From Acidobacteriota bacterium (GTDB lineage: Bacteria > Acidobacteriota > UBA6911 > RPQK01 > JAJDTT01): 64,000 nucleotides of DNA. Position 1 is the stretch's first letter. Each line of letters starts with the position of its first letter. Positions 40,950 through 51,135 of this stretch are shown here, piece after piece. The notes under the pieces are model-generated. The model did no database searches, was not told where the DNA came from, and saw nothing but the letters and a program-made list of their open reading frames with translations. Position numbers and translations under genes: made by a program. The stretch is from NCBI GenBank assembly GCA_965209055.1, contig OZ242374.1:1-64000 (forward strand), written 5' to 3'.

Positions 40950-42305
40950 GTGTTGAGCAGAAAGGGTCCCGACTGGCTCCTGGGAGAGCTTCCCGAACTG
41001 GTGTCGCGCGGGATTCTGACCACGGATGCAGCCGATCGGCTGCGCTCCCATTACCACGACGCCGGAAGGCCCGCCGCTCGCCAGCTCGGCCTGACCGTCA
41101 CCGCGGTTTTCGGTTCCGCCCTGATCGGTCTCGGGGTCATCCTGGTTCTGGCGTACAACTGGGAGGAGCTCTCCAGGCCGCTCCGCGCCGCAATCTCCTT
41201 CTCGATTCTGATGGGCGCTCAAGGGGCTGCCGGATGGGTGGTTTTCCGTTCCGTCCTTTCCCGGTCCTGGCGCGAAGGGACGGCCTGCTTCTGGTTTCTG
41301 GCCGTGGGGTCCGCCATGGCCCTCATCGCACAGACCTACCATATTCCCGGAGACCCCGGCCGCTTCCTCCTGACCTGGATGCTGCTGGCGGTGCCGCTCG
41401 TCTATCTGACGGGAGCGGGATCGGCCGCGGCGCTCTATCTGGTAGGGGTAACGGCGCTGGGAGGGGTCGAGGCGGACGCCGGGGAAGGCCCCCTCCTCTA
41501 CTGGGTCATGCTGGCGCTGGTTGCACCCTATCTCGGGTCACTGCTGCGGGGGGACCGGCAGAGCGCAGGAACCGTTCTCCTGCTCTGGATCGGCGCCGTC
41601 TCCCTCGGTTTCGGATTCGGTTTCACCCTCTCGGAGTCTTGGGAACACCTGCATCTGGCCGCTTACGCGGGGCTGTTCTCCGTCTTGTACCTGGTGGGCC
41701 GGATCTGGTTCGGAGGGGCTCCCCGCGTTTGGCAGGGGCCCCTGCAATGCGTCGGCGGACTGGGAATCTTCGTGATGGCCTTCCGGTTCTCCTACGGCGA
41801 CGCTTGGCAACATCTCGGACGGATTGGCGCTGGGGAGTGGAATTGGACGGATGCCGCGCCGGGGATGGTGCTCATCGGAACCTGCCTGTCGCTGTCCGTG
41901 ATCCTGGGCTGGTTCAGCCTGTTCCAGGGCCGTCCGCAGAGGCTGCTCTGGGGTGCCTTCGGCGCGGTTGCATTGCTTGCCCATGGTCTGATGCTGGCGC
42001 TGGAGTCCACGCTGGTCCCGGTGTTTCTGTTGAATCTCTATTTGCTGGCCGCCGGAGTCTCGGTTCTGGTTCGCGGCGTCCGCCGGGCGAGAATCGGGAT
42101 CGTCAATCTCGGAATGCTCATTCTGGCGGCGCTCATGGGGGCCAGATTCTTCGACACCGATTTGGGACTCATGGTCCGCGGGATCGGCTTCATTCTTCTG
42201 GGCGCCGCCTTCCTGTCGGCAAACGCCTTTCTGGTCCGCCGTTTTCGCGGCCTCCGGCGCTCGGAAGACGAGCCGGAACAACAGACGCCGGGGGTGGGGG
42301 CATGA
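40950..42305 (+). CDS. DUF2157-type membrane protein
   Basis: GSALIGLGVILVLAYNWEEL, ALIAQTYHI, many TM helices. Confidence 0.8.
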   Translation: MLSRKGPDWLLGELPELVSRGILTTDAADRLRSHYHDAGRPAARQLGLTVTAVFGSALIGLGVILVLAYNWEELSRPLRAAISFSILMGAQGAAGWVVFRSVLSRSWREGTACFWFLAVGSAMALIAQTYHIPGDPGRFLLTWMLLAVPLVYLTGAGSAAALYLVGVTALGGVEADAGEGPLLYWVMLALVAPYLGSLLRGDRQSAGTVLLLWIGAVSLGFGFGFTLSESWEHLHLAAYAGLFSVLYLVGRIWFGGAPRVWQGPLQCVGGLGIFVMAFRFSYGDAWQHLGRIGAGEWNWTDAAPGMVLIGTCLSLSVILGWFSLFQGRPQRLLWGAFGAVALLAHGLMLALESTLVPVFLLNLYLLAAGVSVLVRGVRRARIGIVNLGMLILAALMGARFFDTDLGLMVRGIGFILLGAAFLSANAFLVRRFRGLRRSEDEPEQQTPGVGA

Positions 42306-42865
42306 TCCGGCTCAGGACGTTGGTGTTCGCCGCGGCGGTCCTCTGTCAGCTCGGCGTTCCCGCCTGGATGATCCTCCAACGCGAATGGACTCTGCGCGAC
42401 GGTGTCCGGGTCAAGTTCCGGGTGGAGCCCGTGGACCCCCGGGACGAGGTTCTGGGGCGCCATGTGCGATTCAAGATTCCCGCTTCGAAGGTGACACTGG
42501 ACGAGTCGGCCGAAACACCGTCTCTCGTCCGGGCCTACGGTGTTCTGGAGTTGGATCAGGAGGGTTTCGGCCGCTTCACGGCGGTTCGGAATGAACCCCC
42601 CGAAGCCGGCGTATACCTGAGAGTGCAGGTCCGGAGAGAAGGGAAGTCGGGCATCATTCAGCTTCCTTTCGACCGCTACTACCTGCCGGAAGACGTGGCT
42701 TCAAAAGCCGGGGCGGGGCGGAAACAAGCTCTTCGGTCCGGTAAAGTGGACGCCCATGTCACGCTGCGCGTGCATCGGGGCGACGGAGTGATCGAGGGTT
42801 TTTACCTCCAGGACACTCCGGTCCTGGACTATTTGAAGGCTCGTACCGGGCCGAATGGAGAATAA
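42302..42865 (+). CDS. GDYXXLXY-domain membrane-anchored protein
   Basis: PVDPRD..GRHVRF and LPFDRYYLPE; ATGA overlap with the DUF2157 gene, its usual partner. Confidence 0.75.
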   Translation: MIRLRTLVFAAAVLCQLGVPAWMILQREWTLRDGVRVKFRVEPVDPRDEVLGRHVRFKIPASKVTLDESAETPSLVRAYGVLELDQEGFGRFTAVRNEPPEAGVYLRVQVRREGKSGIIQLPFDRYYLPEDVASKAGAGRKQALRSGKVDAHVTLRVHRGDGVIEGFYLQDTPVLDYLKARTGPNGE

Positions 42866-42876
42866 GGAGAGATGCC

Positions 42877-44220
42877 ATGAAGAAACAGAACCGGCGAGGA
42901 TTCTTGACCGGGTCGGCGGCCCTGACGGGCGGGGCGGCCCTGGCCGCCGGCCGCCCTGCGTCCGCCCTGTCCTATGCCCGGACCGACGGGGCCAACGACC
43001 GGATACGCCTGGGAGTGATCGGCTGCGGCGGCCGGGGACGAGGCAATCTCAGGCAGTTTCTCAAGATCGACGGGATCCAATGCGCGGCCATCTGTGATGT
43101 GGACGGGGCTCAGATGGACCGCACCCAGTCCGAGATTCTGGATCCGGCCGGCCAGAAGGCCGAATTCCGGACTTCGGATTTTCGGCGCCTTCTGGATCGA
43201 AAGGACCTGGACGCCGTCCTGGTGGCCACTCCCGATCACTGGCACGCCATTCCCACCGTCATGGCCTGCGAAGCGGGCATGGACGTCTACGTGGAGAAGC
43301 CGCTGTCTCTGACCATCCACGAGGGCCGGGTCATGGTGGATGCGGCGCGCGAACATGGCCGGGTCGTCCAGATGGGGACGCAGCAGAGGAGCGCCCCCCA
43401 CTACACCGACGCGGTTGACTACGTGAAGAGCGGGAAGCTGGGCAAGATCCGGCTGGTCCGGGCCTGGGCCTATCTGGACTGGAAGGGAGAAATGCCGGCG
43501 CAGCCGGACGCGTCACCACCCCCGGGCGTGGACTACGACATGTGGTTGGGACCGGCTCCCGAACGTCCGTTCAACCTGAACCGCTTTCACTTCTCCTTCC
43601 GCTGGTACTGGGACTACTCCGGCGGTCTCATGACCGACTGGGGAGCTCACATGATCGACATCGCCAACTGGGCCATGGACGTGAAGGCGCCCCGGTCGGC
43701 CGTCTCGGTGGGGGGCAAGTTCGGCTATCCCCGGGACGCCATGGAAACGCCCGACACCCAACAGGTCATCTGGGAGTTCGACGACTTCAGCATGGTCTGG
43801 GAACACGCGCTGGGCGTGGGACGAGGTCCGGAAGCCCGGGAGCACGGCGTCCAGTTCCACGGCAACGACGGTGTGCTGGTGGTGGACCGCAACGGTTGGG
43901 AGGTCCACTCCGAGACGGACAAGATCGACAAGCCGGCGCGGGAGTTCCGGTCTCGGGGCAAGCCCCGCCACAACATCCGGGGCCGGGGCGCCTATCACCT
44001 GGGGCATGTCCAAAACTTCGTGGACTGCATGCGCACGAGGGAGCGTCCGCGATCGGACGTGGAGATCGGTCATGACTCGATGATCGCCTGTCATCTGGGC
44101 AATATGGCCTTCCGGCTCGGGCGCAGAGTCGAGTGGGATCCGGAACGGGAACGCATCGTCAACGATCCGGAAGCCGAACGCCTGGCCGGCATCAACTACC
44201 GGAAGCCCTGGAAGCTGTAG
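42877..44220 (+). CDS. Tat-exported Gfo/Idh/MocA oxidoreductase
   Basis: NRRGFL Tat signal, IGCGGRG, ATPDHWH, YVEKP, GTQQRS, DWGAHMID. Confidence 0.92.
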   Translation: MKKQNRRGFLTGSAALTGGAALAAGRPASALSYARTDGANDRIRLGVIGCGGRGRGNLRQFLKIDGIQCAAICDVDGAQMDRTQSEILDPAGQKAEFRTSDFRRLLDRKDLDAVLVATPDHWHAIPTVMACEAGMDVYVEKPLSLTIHEGRVMVDAAREHGRVVQMGTQQRSAPHYTDAVDYVKSGKLGKIRLVRAWAYLDWKGEMPAQPDASPPPGVDYDMWLGPAPERPFNLNRFHFSFRWYWDYSGGLMTDWGAHMIDIANWAMDVKAPRSAVSVGGKFGYPRDAMETPDTQQVIWEFDDFSMVWEHALGVGRGPEAREHGVQFHGNDGVLVVDRNGWEVHSETDKIDKPAREFRSRGKPRHNIRGRGAYHLGHVQNFVDCMRTRERPRSDVEIGHDSMIACHLGNMAFRLGRRVEWDPERERIVNDPEAERLAGINYRKPWKL

Positions 44221-44259
44221 TAAGACACAGGTGCCGCGAGCGAGAGAAGAGGGAGGCGA

Positions 44260-45723
44260 ATGTCGGTGACAAGGTCCGGTGATCAGGATCCCGTCCGGTA
44301 CCCGGAACTCTCGCCCCAGCTCCGCGATCGTTCCCTGACGGGAATGCTCAAGCTCTTCGGTCCGGGCGCCATCATCGCCTCGGTCACCATCGGAAGCGGC
44401 GAGACCGTCTTCGCTTCCCGGGGCGGCGCCGTCTTCGGCTATTCCCTCTTCTGGTGTTTTCTGGTCGGTTCCGCCCTGAAGGGACTCCAGGTCTATACCG
44501 GCGCCCGGTTCATCACCCTGACCGGCCGCCATCCCTTGCGGAGCTGGATGGACCTGCCCGGCCCCCGCGGCTGGTTCGTCCTGTTTGTCTCCGTCATGAC
44601 CATCGTCTGGATGCCCTTCTGGGTGGGCGGGGGACTCCCCAAGATGCTGGGAGAGTTCACCAACTGGGTGGTCGGTTTCCCGGACCCGGAAAACGTGTCC
44701 GACTACGTCTTCTTCGGCCGGCTCTGGGGAACCTTCTTCATCCTGGTGGCGCTGACCTTCACCTGGGTTCAGAGCTACGGGTTCCTGGAGCGGGTCCAGA
44801 CCGTCCTGGTGGGTCTGCTGCTCCTCTGCATGGTCCTGGCGGCCGCCGTGTCGAATCCCGATCTCCTGGCCATGCTGGGGGGAACCCTGGTCCCCACCCG
44901 GCCCAGGTACGACGGCTGGGTCCTGGAACGGTTCGCCGAATTCCGGGGGCGCAATCCCTGGGTGGAGATGGTCACCTACCTGGGAGCGGTGGGAGGCGGG
45001 ACCCAGGACTATCTGGGATACGTGGGAATGCTGCGGGAGAAGGGCTGGGGACTGCTGGGCAGCCGGGGCCGGGGTCCCGTGGACGCCGGCCGGGAGAACC
45101 TGAAACGGGGCCTGGCCTGGCTGCGGGCCCCGCGCACCGACGTGACGGTGTCGTTCACCTGCATCTTCATCTTCACCCTCTGTTTCGCCATCCTCGGGGC
45201 CACCATCCTCTATCCCCGGCAGGAGATCCCCAGCGGGTTCGACCTGCTGACCCTGCAATTGGGGTACCTGGTCCGGCCGGACCAGTCGCCGCTGGTCCGG
45301 ACTCTGCTCGCCTGGCTCTACAAGACCGGCATCTTCTTCGCGTTCTTCGGCACCATCTACGGCGCCTACGAACTCTACACCCGGACCACCCGGGAATGCC
45401 TGGTGGCGCTCTTCCCCTCTCTGCGGAAGGTTCCCTTGAAGAAGTTCCGGCTCTGGACGCTGCTCTGGTGCGCGGTGCCCGGCCTGGGCCTGCTCTGGTT
45501 CCTGGAACGGGACCCGGTCTTCATCGTCACGCCGGCGGCCCTGGTGGGTTCCGGTCTCATTTGCGGCCTCTGGTGCTTCGCCATGCTCTGGTCGGACCGA
45601 TACCATCTCCCGCGGGAGTTGCGGATGAGATGGCCGCTATGGCTGGGCACCCTCGTGGCCGGGATCGGGCTGACGGTGATCCCCCTGATCGGAATCGTGA
45701 AGTACGTTCAGAGCTTTCTCTGA
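44260..45723 (+). CDS. Nramp-like (APC superfamily) transporter
   Basis: FGPGAIIASVTIGSGE..GYSLFW; about 11 TM helices. Confidence 0.75.
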   Translation: MSVTRSGDQDPVRYPELSPQLRDRSLTGMLKLFGPGAIIASVTIGSGETVFASRGGAVFGYSLFWCFLVGSALKGLQVYTGARFITLTGRHPLRSWMDLPGPRGWFVLFVSVMTIVWMPFWVGGGLPKMLGEFTNWVVGFPDPENVSDYVFFGRLWGTFFILVALTFTWVQSYGFLERVQTVLVGLLLLCMVLAAAVSNPDLLAMLGGTLVPTRPRYDGWVLERFAEFRGRNPWVEMVTYLGAVGGGTQDYLGYVGMLREKGWGLLGSRGRGPVDAGRENLKRGLAWLRAPRTDVTVSFTCIFIFTLCFAILGATILYPRQEIPSGFDLLTLQLGYLVRPDQSPLVRTLLAWLYKTGIFFAFFGTIYGAYELYTRTTRECLVALFPSLRKVPLKKFRLWTLLWCAVPGLGLLWFLERDPVFIVTPAALVGSGLICGLWCFAMLWSDRYHLPRELRMRWPLWLGTLVAGIGLTVIPLIGIVKYVQSFL

Positions 45724-45751
45724 GGGACGTCGACCCCCAGCGGCTGTCAGC

Positions 45752-46798
45752 CTACCGGGGCGGCAACTGGTAGCCTTCCCGCTTGACGTGGATCCGGTAG
45801 AGACTCTTTCCGGCCGTAATGTAGAGGGTCTTGCTCTCGGTCCCGCGTCCGAACCCCACGTTGGTCGGCAGCTCGGTAGGAATGAAGGCCAGCTCCTCTC
45901 CTTCGGGGGAATAGACGGCGACTCCGGGGCGGGTCACATCCCGCACGGTCACATAGAGATTGCCGTCCACGTCCACCACCATGCCGTCCGGTCCATCCTG
46001 GGGAGAATAGTCCACCAGGACCTCCCGAAAGCTGGCCGTACCGTCGGGAGCCAGATCGTAGGCCAGCAGCGCCATGCGGTTCTTGTTCAACGGCGTTCCC
46101 TGCGGCAATCGGGAGAAGTCCGTGGCCCCGTCGTCGTTGCTGACCACGTAGAGGGTCTTCTGGTCGGGGGAGACGGCTACGCCGTTGGGCTTGCCCGCGT
46201 CGGTGATGATCCGGTGCACCGAGCCGTCGGTGTCGATCCGATACACGGCCATGACCGCCTGGTCGACGGTTTCGTGACCCAGGTAGCGGGGGTCGCTGAA
46301 ATAGATCCGCCCCTTTTCATCAATGGTGATGTCATTGGGGGCATTGAGCTTCCGGCCTTCGTACATTCCCGCGATGATGTAGCTCTTTCCGGTCTTCATG
46401 TCGGTGCGGACGATCCGCCGACCGCCGTAATCGGCGCCTTCGGCGATGATCATGTCGCCCCGGGCATCGAACTTGATGCCGTTGGACATGCCGCTGGGGG
46501 AACGGAAGATAGTGGTCTCGCCGGTCTTGGGGTCATACTTCCAGATGTGCCCGGCTTCGGGTTCACCCTTCTCGTTCTTACACGTGAACGTGAACGTGAT
46601 GTCGCTGAAGTAAATGGTGCCGTCCGGGGCCGCCGCGACCCCTTCGGTGAGAATGCATCCGCCTTCGAAGAGCTTCTCCAGCGTGACGCCGGCGGCGATG
46701 ATGCTGGGGTCTCCGGAGGGGAACTGGGCCAGGCCCGGCTGGCTCAACACCAGGCAGGCCAGGGACCCGAGAATCAGGTTTCGGATTCTTTGAACCAT
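45752..46798 (-). CDS. SMP-30/gluconolactonase family protein, secreted
   Basis: Signal peptide, TEG, SNG, LNAPND, PNGVAVSPD, PDGMVVD, PTNVGFG. Confidence 0.92.
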   Translation of the reverse strand: MVQRIRNLILGSLACLVLSQPGLAQFPSGDPSIIAAGVTLEKLFEGGCILTEGVAAAPDGTIYFSDITFTFTCKNEKGEPEAGHIWKYDPKTGETTIFRSPSGMSNGIKFDARGDMIIAEGADYGGRRIVRTDMKTGKSYIIAGMYEGRKLNAPNDITIDEKGRIYFSDPRYLGHETVDQAVMAVYRIDTDGSVHRIITDAGKPNGVAVSPDQKTLYVVSNDDGATDFSRLPQGTPLNKNRMALLAYDLAPDGTASFREVLVDYSPQDGPDGMVVDVDGNLYVTVRDVTRPGVAVYSPEGEELAFIPTELPTNVGFGRGTESKTLYITAGKSLYRIHVKREGYQLPPR

Positions 46799-46972
46799 TG
46801 AACTCTCCTTAATAACTTGGCGCCGTGAAAGACTCTGCCGTCACCGGGCAGGTTAGCACCTGGGAACCGTCCGCAAAAGTCATTACTTGCGTACTTCTTC
46901 CGGGATTTGCCGGTGCTCGGGCCGAAAGATACAATCCGCCGAAAGATCGCGGGGGATGAAGCCGGGAAGGAA

Positions 46973-47902
46973 ATGCAGATGAGAGTGCCTGCCTTGGGGA
47001 CCAGGATCCTGTTGGCGCTTGCCGCCGCCTCGCTGTTTTCGGGAATGGTTGCGGCGCTGATTTCTTCCGAGCCGGGTTCGCTGACGGAGCTGGCGCCCGG
47101 AGTCTATTTTCGGAAGGGAGAACTGGAGCACCAGGGCCATTGCAACAACGGGGTCGTGGTCTTCAACGATTTTGTGGTGGTCATCGACGCCAACTTCCCG
47201 AGTGGCGCCGAAGCCTGCCTGGCCGACATCCGCCAGGTCACCGACAAGCCGGTGCGGCTGGTTTTCGACACCCATCATCACGGCGACCACGCGTACGGGA
47301 ATCCGGTCTGGGTCTCCGCCGGAGCCGTGACGGTCGCACACGAGAAGGTGGTCCAGGAAATGGATCGTTTCGAGCCGCTCCGCTGGAAGCAAGAAACCGC
47401 CAAACGCAAGGATGTCGCCGCACTGGGGCTCAGGAGCGCCCAGCCCCCCATCGTGACCTATCCCGACCGGTTGGTCATCGACGACGGGACTCAACGCTTG
47501 GAGCTGCTCCACTTCGGAACCGCCCACACCCGCGGCGACGGCTTCGCCTACCTCCCCCGCCATCGGATCCTCTTTACCGGGGATGCCGTGGTCAACGGAC
47601 CCTACAATTACATGGGGGACGGGGACACGCATTCCTGGATCGGCGTCATCGAGGCGCTGGAAAAGCTTCGGGTCGAGACCGTCGCTCCGGGACACGGCCC
47701 CCCCGCGGACCGCTCGCTTCTGGGCAAGCAGAAGGCGTTCATCCGCGCGCTGCACCGCGAGGTGGCGTTGGGGCTGGAGGCCGGGAAGAGCCTCGAGGAG
47801 CTGCAAAAATCCATCCGGCTCCCCGATTCCGTCCGCCTCCACGTGGGGAGTTGGTTCGAATCACAGGTCGCCAAGGTCTACAGCGAGAAGACGACCCCCT
47901 GA
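46973..47902 (+). CDS. MBL-fold metallo-hydrolase, secreted
   Basis: THHHGDH, AHTRGD, LFTGD, PGHG. Confidence 0.9.
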   Translation: MQMRVPALGTRILLALAAASLFSGMVAALISSEPGSLTELAPGVYFRKGELEHQGHCNNGVVVFNDFVVVIDANFPSGAEACLADIRQVTDKPVRLVFDTHHHGDHAYGNPVWVSAGAVTVAHEKVVQEMDRFEPLRWKQETAKRKDVAALGLRSAQPPIVTYPDRLVIDDGTQRLELLHFGTAHTRGDGFAYLPRHRILFTGDAVVNGPYNYMGDGDTHSWIGVIEALEKLRVETVAPGHGPPADRSLLGKQKAFIRALHREVALGLEAGKSLEELQKSIRLPDSVRLHVGSWFESQVAKVYSEKTTP

Positions 47903-47941
47903 ACGGCCGCCGCCCCTCACGGGTGTGACTTTCTCCCGGGA

Positions 47942-49243
47942 TCAGAGGCCCAATACCTTCACCGCCGAGAAGTATCCGCTGACGGCCGCCACGGCGAACA
48001 GGAACCCCACCAGGACGTTGTCCCACCAGCGGTTTCGATATTCGGCACCGATATGGACTCGGCGAGCCGTCAAGATCCAGATTCCGGCCACCAGGAAGGG
48101 GAGGACCACCACCTGCGCGGCGTTGACCGTCACCGTCAGACCGACGAAGTCCGAGTAGCCCAGAAACACCCAGATCAGGGGTGAGAGAACGACCCAGTAG
48201 GTGGCCAGACGAAGACTGGGATGCCGTTTGTAATCGCCGCCGCAGGCCTCCCGAGCCGAGGGCCGGAGCTGAATATAGGCGTCGGCGATGAGCATGGCGT
48301 AGGCGCTGCCGTTTCCCACCATGGAACTGAACAGGGCAGCGAAGACGCCCATGTAGAACAGTAGAGAACCTGCCTCGCCCATGGTTTCGCCCAGGAGCAG
48401 CGAGAGGCTCTCCAGGTCCACGACCTGGATGTTTCTGGGATGGAGGACTTCGGCCCCCACGACCCAGATGGAGAGATCCAGGACGATCAGCACGATGATG
48501 CCCAATATCAGGTCGTATTTCTGCACCCGCCGGTGGCCGGGTGTGACCCATCCCTTTTCCCGCATGAAGTAGGGGTAGAGGAGATTCCCCAGGCTGCCGG
48601 CAATGGCGCCTACCATGGCCACCATGAGGTATATGGCGTCGAAGCGTCCCAGGGTCTCGGGAACCTGTAAACCCAGAACACCCTTGACGATTCCTGTTGC
48701 TGACGGCCCGGACCAACCGGCCAGTCCGATCAGCGAAACCGACAAGGCGCCCGCGAGCACGAAAAAGATCACTTCGATTCGCCGGTAGTGGGGCCGGATC
48801 ACCAGGAGCAGAACGGCCAGGGCCAAACCGGCTCCCCACACCGGAATGCTGCCGATTCCCGTCACCTTGACGCAGATCCCGGCCGTTCCCACCAGCAGAA
48901 ATACGCCGATGCCGTGGGTGAGCAACAACGTCCCCGTGAGGACGATGAGCGCGAAGAGGGGGTGCAGACGCCCCAGGCCCGCCAACACCGTCTCGCCTCG
49001 CCGGTTGCAAAGCTGGTATTTGGCAATGAGGGAGACGAACAGGTAGCGGAGGATCAGGCAGAGCGCAAAGCCCCACATGAGGGAATAGCCGTAATTCCCC
49101 CCGGCCATGGCCGACTCGACGATGTCCCCGGCTCCCAGCCAGGTCAGGACGACCACGATTCCGGGTCCCATGGACCGGACGTATTCCAGAAAGGAGCGGG
49201 GAATGGGTGCCGGTTTGTAAGACGAGTCGCCTCCTTCTCTCAA
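47942..49243 (-). CDS. Nramp-like transporter
   Basis: MGPGIVVVLTWLGAGD..YGYSLMW; about 11 TM helices. Confidence 0.75.
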   Translation of the reverse strand: MREGGDSSYKPAPIPRSFLEYVRSMGPGIVVVLTWLGAGDIVESAMAGGNYGYSLMWGFALCLILRYLFVSLIAKYQLCNRRGETVLAGLGRLHPLFALIVLTGTLLLTHGIGVFLLVGTAGICVKVTGIGSIPVWGAGLALAVLLLVIRPHYRRIEVIFFVLAGALSVSLIGLAGWSGPSATGIVKGVLGLQVPETLGRFDAIYLMVAMVGAIAGSLGNLLYPYFMREKGWVTPGHRRVQKYDLILGIIVLIVLDLSIWVVGAEVLHPRNIQVVDLESLSLLLGETMGEAGSLLFYMGVFAALFSSMVGNGSAYAMLIADAYIQLRPSAREACGGDYKRHPSLRLATYWVVLSPLIWVFLGYSDFVGLTVTVNAAQVVVLPFLVAGIWILTARRVHIGAEYRNRWWDNVLVGFLFAVAAVSGYFSAVKVLGL

Positions 49244-49261
49244 GTCTCACCTCGCTCCCTA

Positions 49262-50167
49262 TTACCCTCGCAGCAGCAGGATCAGTATTCCCGTCACCAC
49301 CAGCAGGACTCCCAGCAGTTCCCGTCCCGTGACCCGCTCACGAAAGAAAGCGGTGGACACCATGAAGGCGAAGAGCAGCTCCACTTGGCCCAATGCCTTC
49401 ACGTGGGCGGCGTTTTGAATGGTCATGGCCGTGAACCAGCAGGCGGAGGCCGACATCCCGGCCAGACCGACGGCGCCTGAAATCCTCCAGGACCTGAAGA
49501 CCAGGGTCAACTGTCCCGGCTCCCTCAGCCGCAGGTAGAGTCCCATGGTCACGGTTTGGAACAGGAGGGCGGCTGCGAGCGTGCACGCGGCCGATGCAAC
49601 GTAGTCGCCGCCGAGGGAGAGGCTGCCGGCCCGGTAGGAGACGGCGGCAAGACCGAACCCGGCGCCGCTGGCCAATCCGATTCCCGCCGTCCTTCCGAAC
49701 AGGGAGGCGAGCAATTCCCGGGCTGCCAACTGCCGCCTGGCGATGGCCAGCAGCATGACGCCGGCCAGGCTCACGACGATGGCCAGCAGCGCCCATGCGG
49801 TAATGGAGTCCGAGAGGATGAGCATTCCGGCGATGGCCGCCTGGATCGTCTCCGTTTTCGAGTAAGCCGTCGCGACGACGAAGTTCCGGAACGAAAAGAG
49901 GTGGATCAGGAGCGCCGTCCCGGCGATCTGGGCCGTGGAGCCCAGGACCACGAAGAAAAGAAACCGCCGGTTGAACTCCGGGAAGTCGTACTCGGCGCCG
50001 AAACGGAGGATCGCCAGATAGAGGAGGACGAAGGGCAGGGCATAGAAAAAACGCACGTAAGCCGCTGCCGACGTGCTCAACGATCCCTTGAGGTGCTTCT
50101 GCAGCGACGACCTGGCGTTCTGAAAGAATGCCGCCGCGATGGTGATGGGGACCCAGGTTTCGAACAA
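49262..50167 (-). CDS. EamA/DMT family transporter
   Basis: About 10 TM helices; FQNARSSLQK, RNFVVATAYSKTE, LGQVEL. Confidence 0.85.
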   Translation of the reverse strand: MFETWVPITIAAAFFQNARSSLQKHLKGSLSTSAAAYVRFFYALPFVLLYLAILRFGAEYDFPEFNRRFLFFVVLGSTAQIAGTALLIHLFSFRNFVVATAYSKTETIQAAIAGMLILSDSITAWALLAIVVSLAGVMLLAIARRQLAARELLASLFGRTAGIGLASGAGFGLAAVSYRAGSLSLGGDYVASAACTLAAALLFQTVTMGLYLRLREPGQLTLVFRSWRISGAVGLAGMSASACWFTAMTIQNAAHVKALGQVELLFAFMVSTAFFRERVTGRELLGVLLVVTGILILLLRG

Positions 50168-50367
50168 CTGCTCAAATTCTCCCGGTCTGAGCCGTGCCGG
50201 CGTGTCGCGCGGTCATTGGATATTGGGGGAAAGTCCGCCGACTCTCAAATCTCCGGGCCCATTTCCATCGTCGCGAAACGTCCCTCCGGCTGGCGAGATC
50301 CTGGAGCCGTGCGGTGCCGCAGCCGGCGAATGTATAGTTGGAAAGGGCCGGATACGGAGGAGGACGG

Positions 50368-51117
50368 ATGTCCAGATTCGAAGGCCGGGTGGCCATCGTC
50401 ACCGGCGCGGCAGAGGGTCTCGGCTTCGGTATCGCACAACGTCTCGCGAGTGAAGGGGCCCGGATGACCGTCGTTGACGTGAACCCCGGTCCCGCCCGGC
50501 AGGCATCGCGCACTCTCGCCCGTCAGGGGGTGCCGTCAGAGGTCGTCGTCGGCGACGTGGGGGACGAGGCGACAGCCCGTGAAGCGGTCCGGACGTCCAT
50601 CGACCGGTGGGGCCGCATCGACATCTTGGTCAACAATGCGGGAATCGGCAGTCCTGTCGCCAAGACCTGGGAAATGCCGGTGGAGGAGATGGACCGCATC
50701 TACCGGACCAACCTCCGCGGCGTGTTCGCCTTTTGTCATCATGTGATTCCGCACATGATGGAGCGGGACTATGGCCGCATCGTCAACGTCTCCTCCGCCT
50801 CCGGCAAGGAGGGGGTCGCCGGGGCTGTGCCCTATGCCGCTACCAAGGCCGGCGTCATCAGCCTCACCAAATCAATCGGCCTGGAACTGGCGAAAACGGG
50901 CATACGGGTGAACTGCGTCACTCCCGGCGCAGTCATGACCCGTCTGTTGGAAAGACTGACGAAGGAGCGGATCGCAGGCATGATCAGCCGGATTCCCATG
51001 GGGCGCACCGGGACGGTGTCCGAGGTCGCGGCGCTCGTCGCCTGGCTGGCATCGGACGAGTGCTCCTACAGCACCGGCGCGGTATTCGACGTCAGCGGCG
51101 GGCGTACGACCTACTGA
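50368..51117 (+). CDS. SDR family oxidoreductase
   Basis: TGAAEGLG, NNAG, YAATK. Confidence 0.93.
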   Translation: MSRFEGRVAIVTGAAEGLGFGIAQRLASEGARMTVVDVNPGPARQASRTLARQGVPSEVVVGDVGDEATAREAVRTSIDRWGRIDILVNNAGIGSPVAKTWEMPVEEMDRIYRTNLRGVFAFCHHVIPHMMERDYGRIVNVSSASGKEGVAGAVPYAATKAGVISLTKSIGLELAKTGIRVNCVTPGAVMTRLLERLTKERIAGMISRIPMGRTGTVSEVAALVAWLASDECSYSTGAVFDVSGGRTTY

Positions 51118-51135
51118 TCCAGGAGCAGGAAACCC

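Noticed and set aside
39455-42865. 1136-aa + strand ORF
   Set aside because: Shadow frame over the LeuA-like and DUF2157 genes; only the last 187 codons (from ATG 42302) look like a real protein.
46973-47902. MBL-fold protein as an antibiotic-resistance gene
   Set aside because: The HxHxDH fold is shared by many hydrolases, and nothing here specifically indicates a beta-lactamase.
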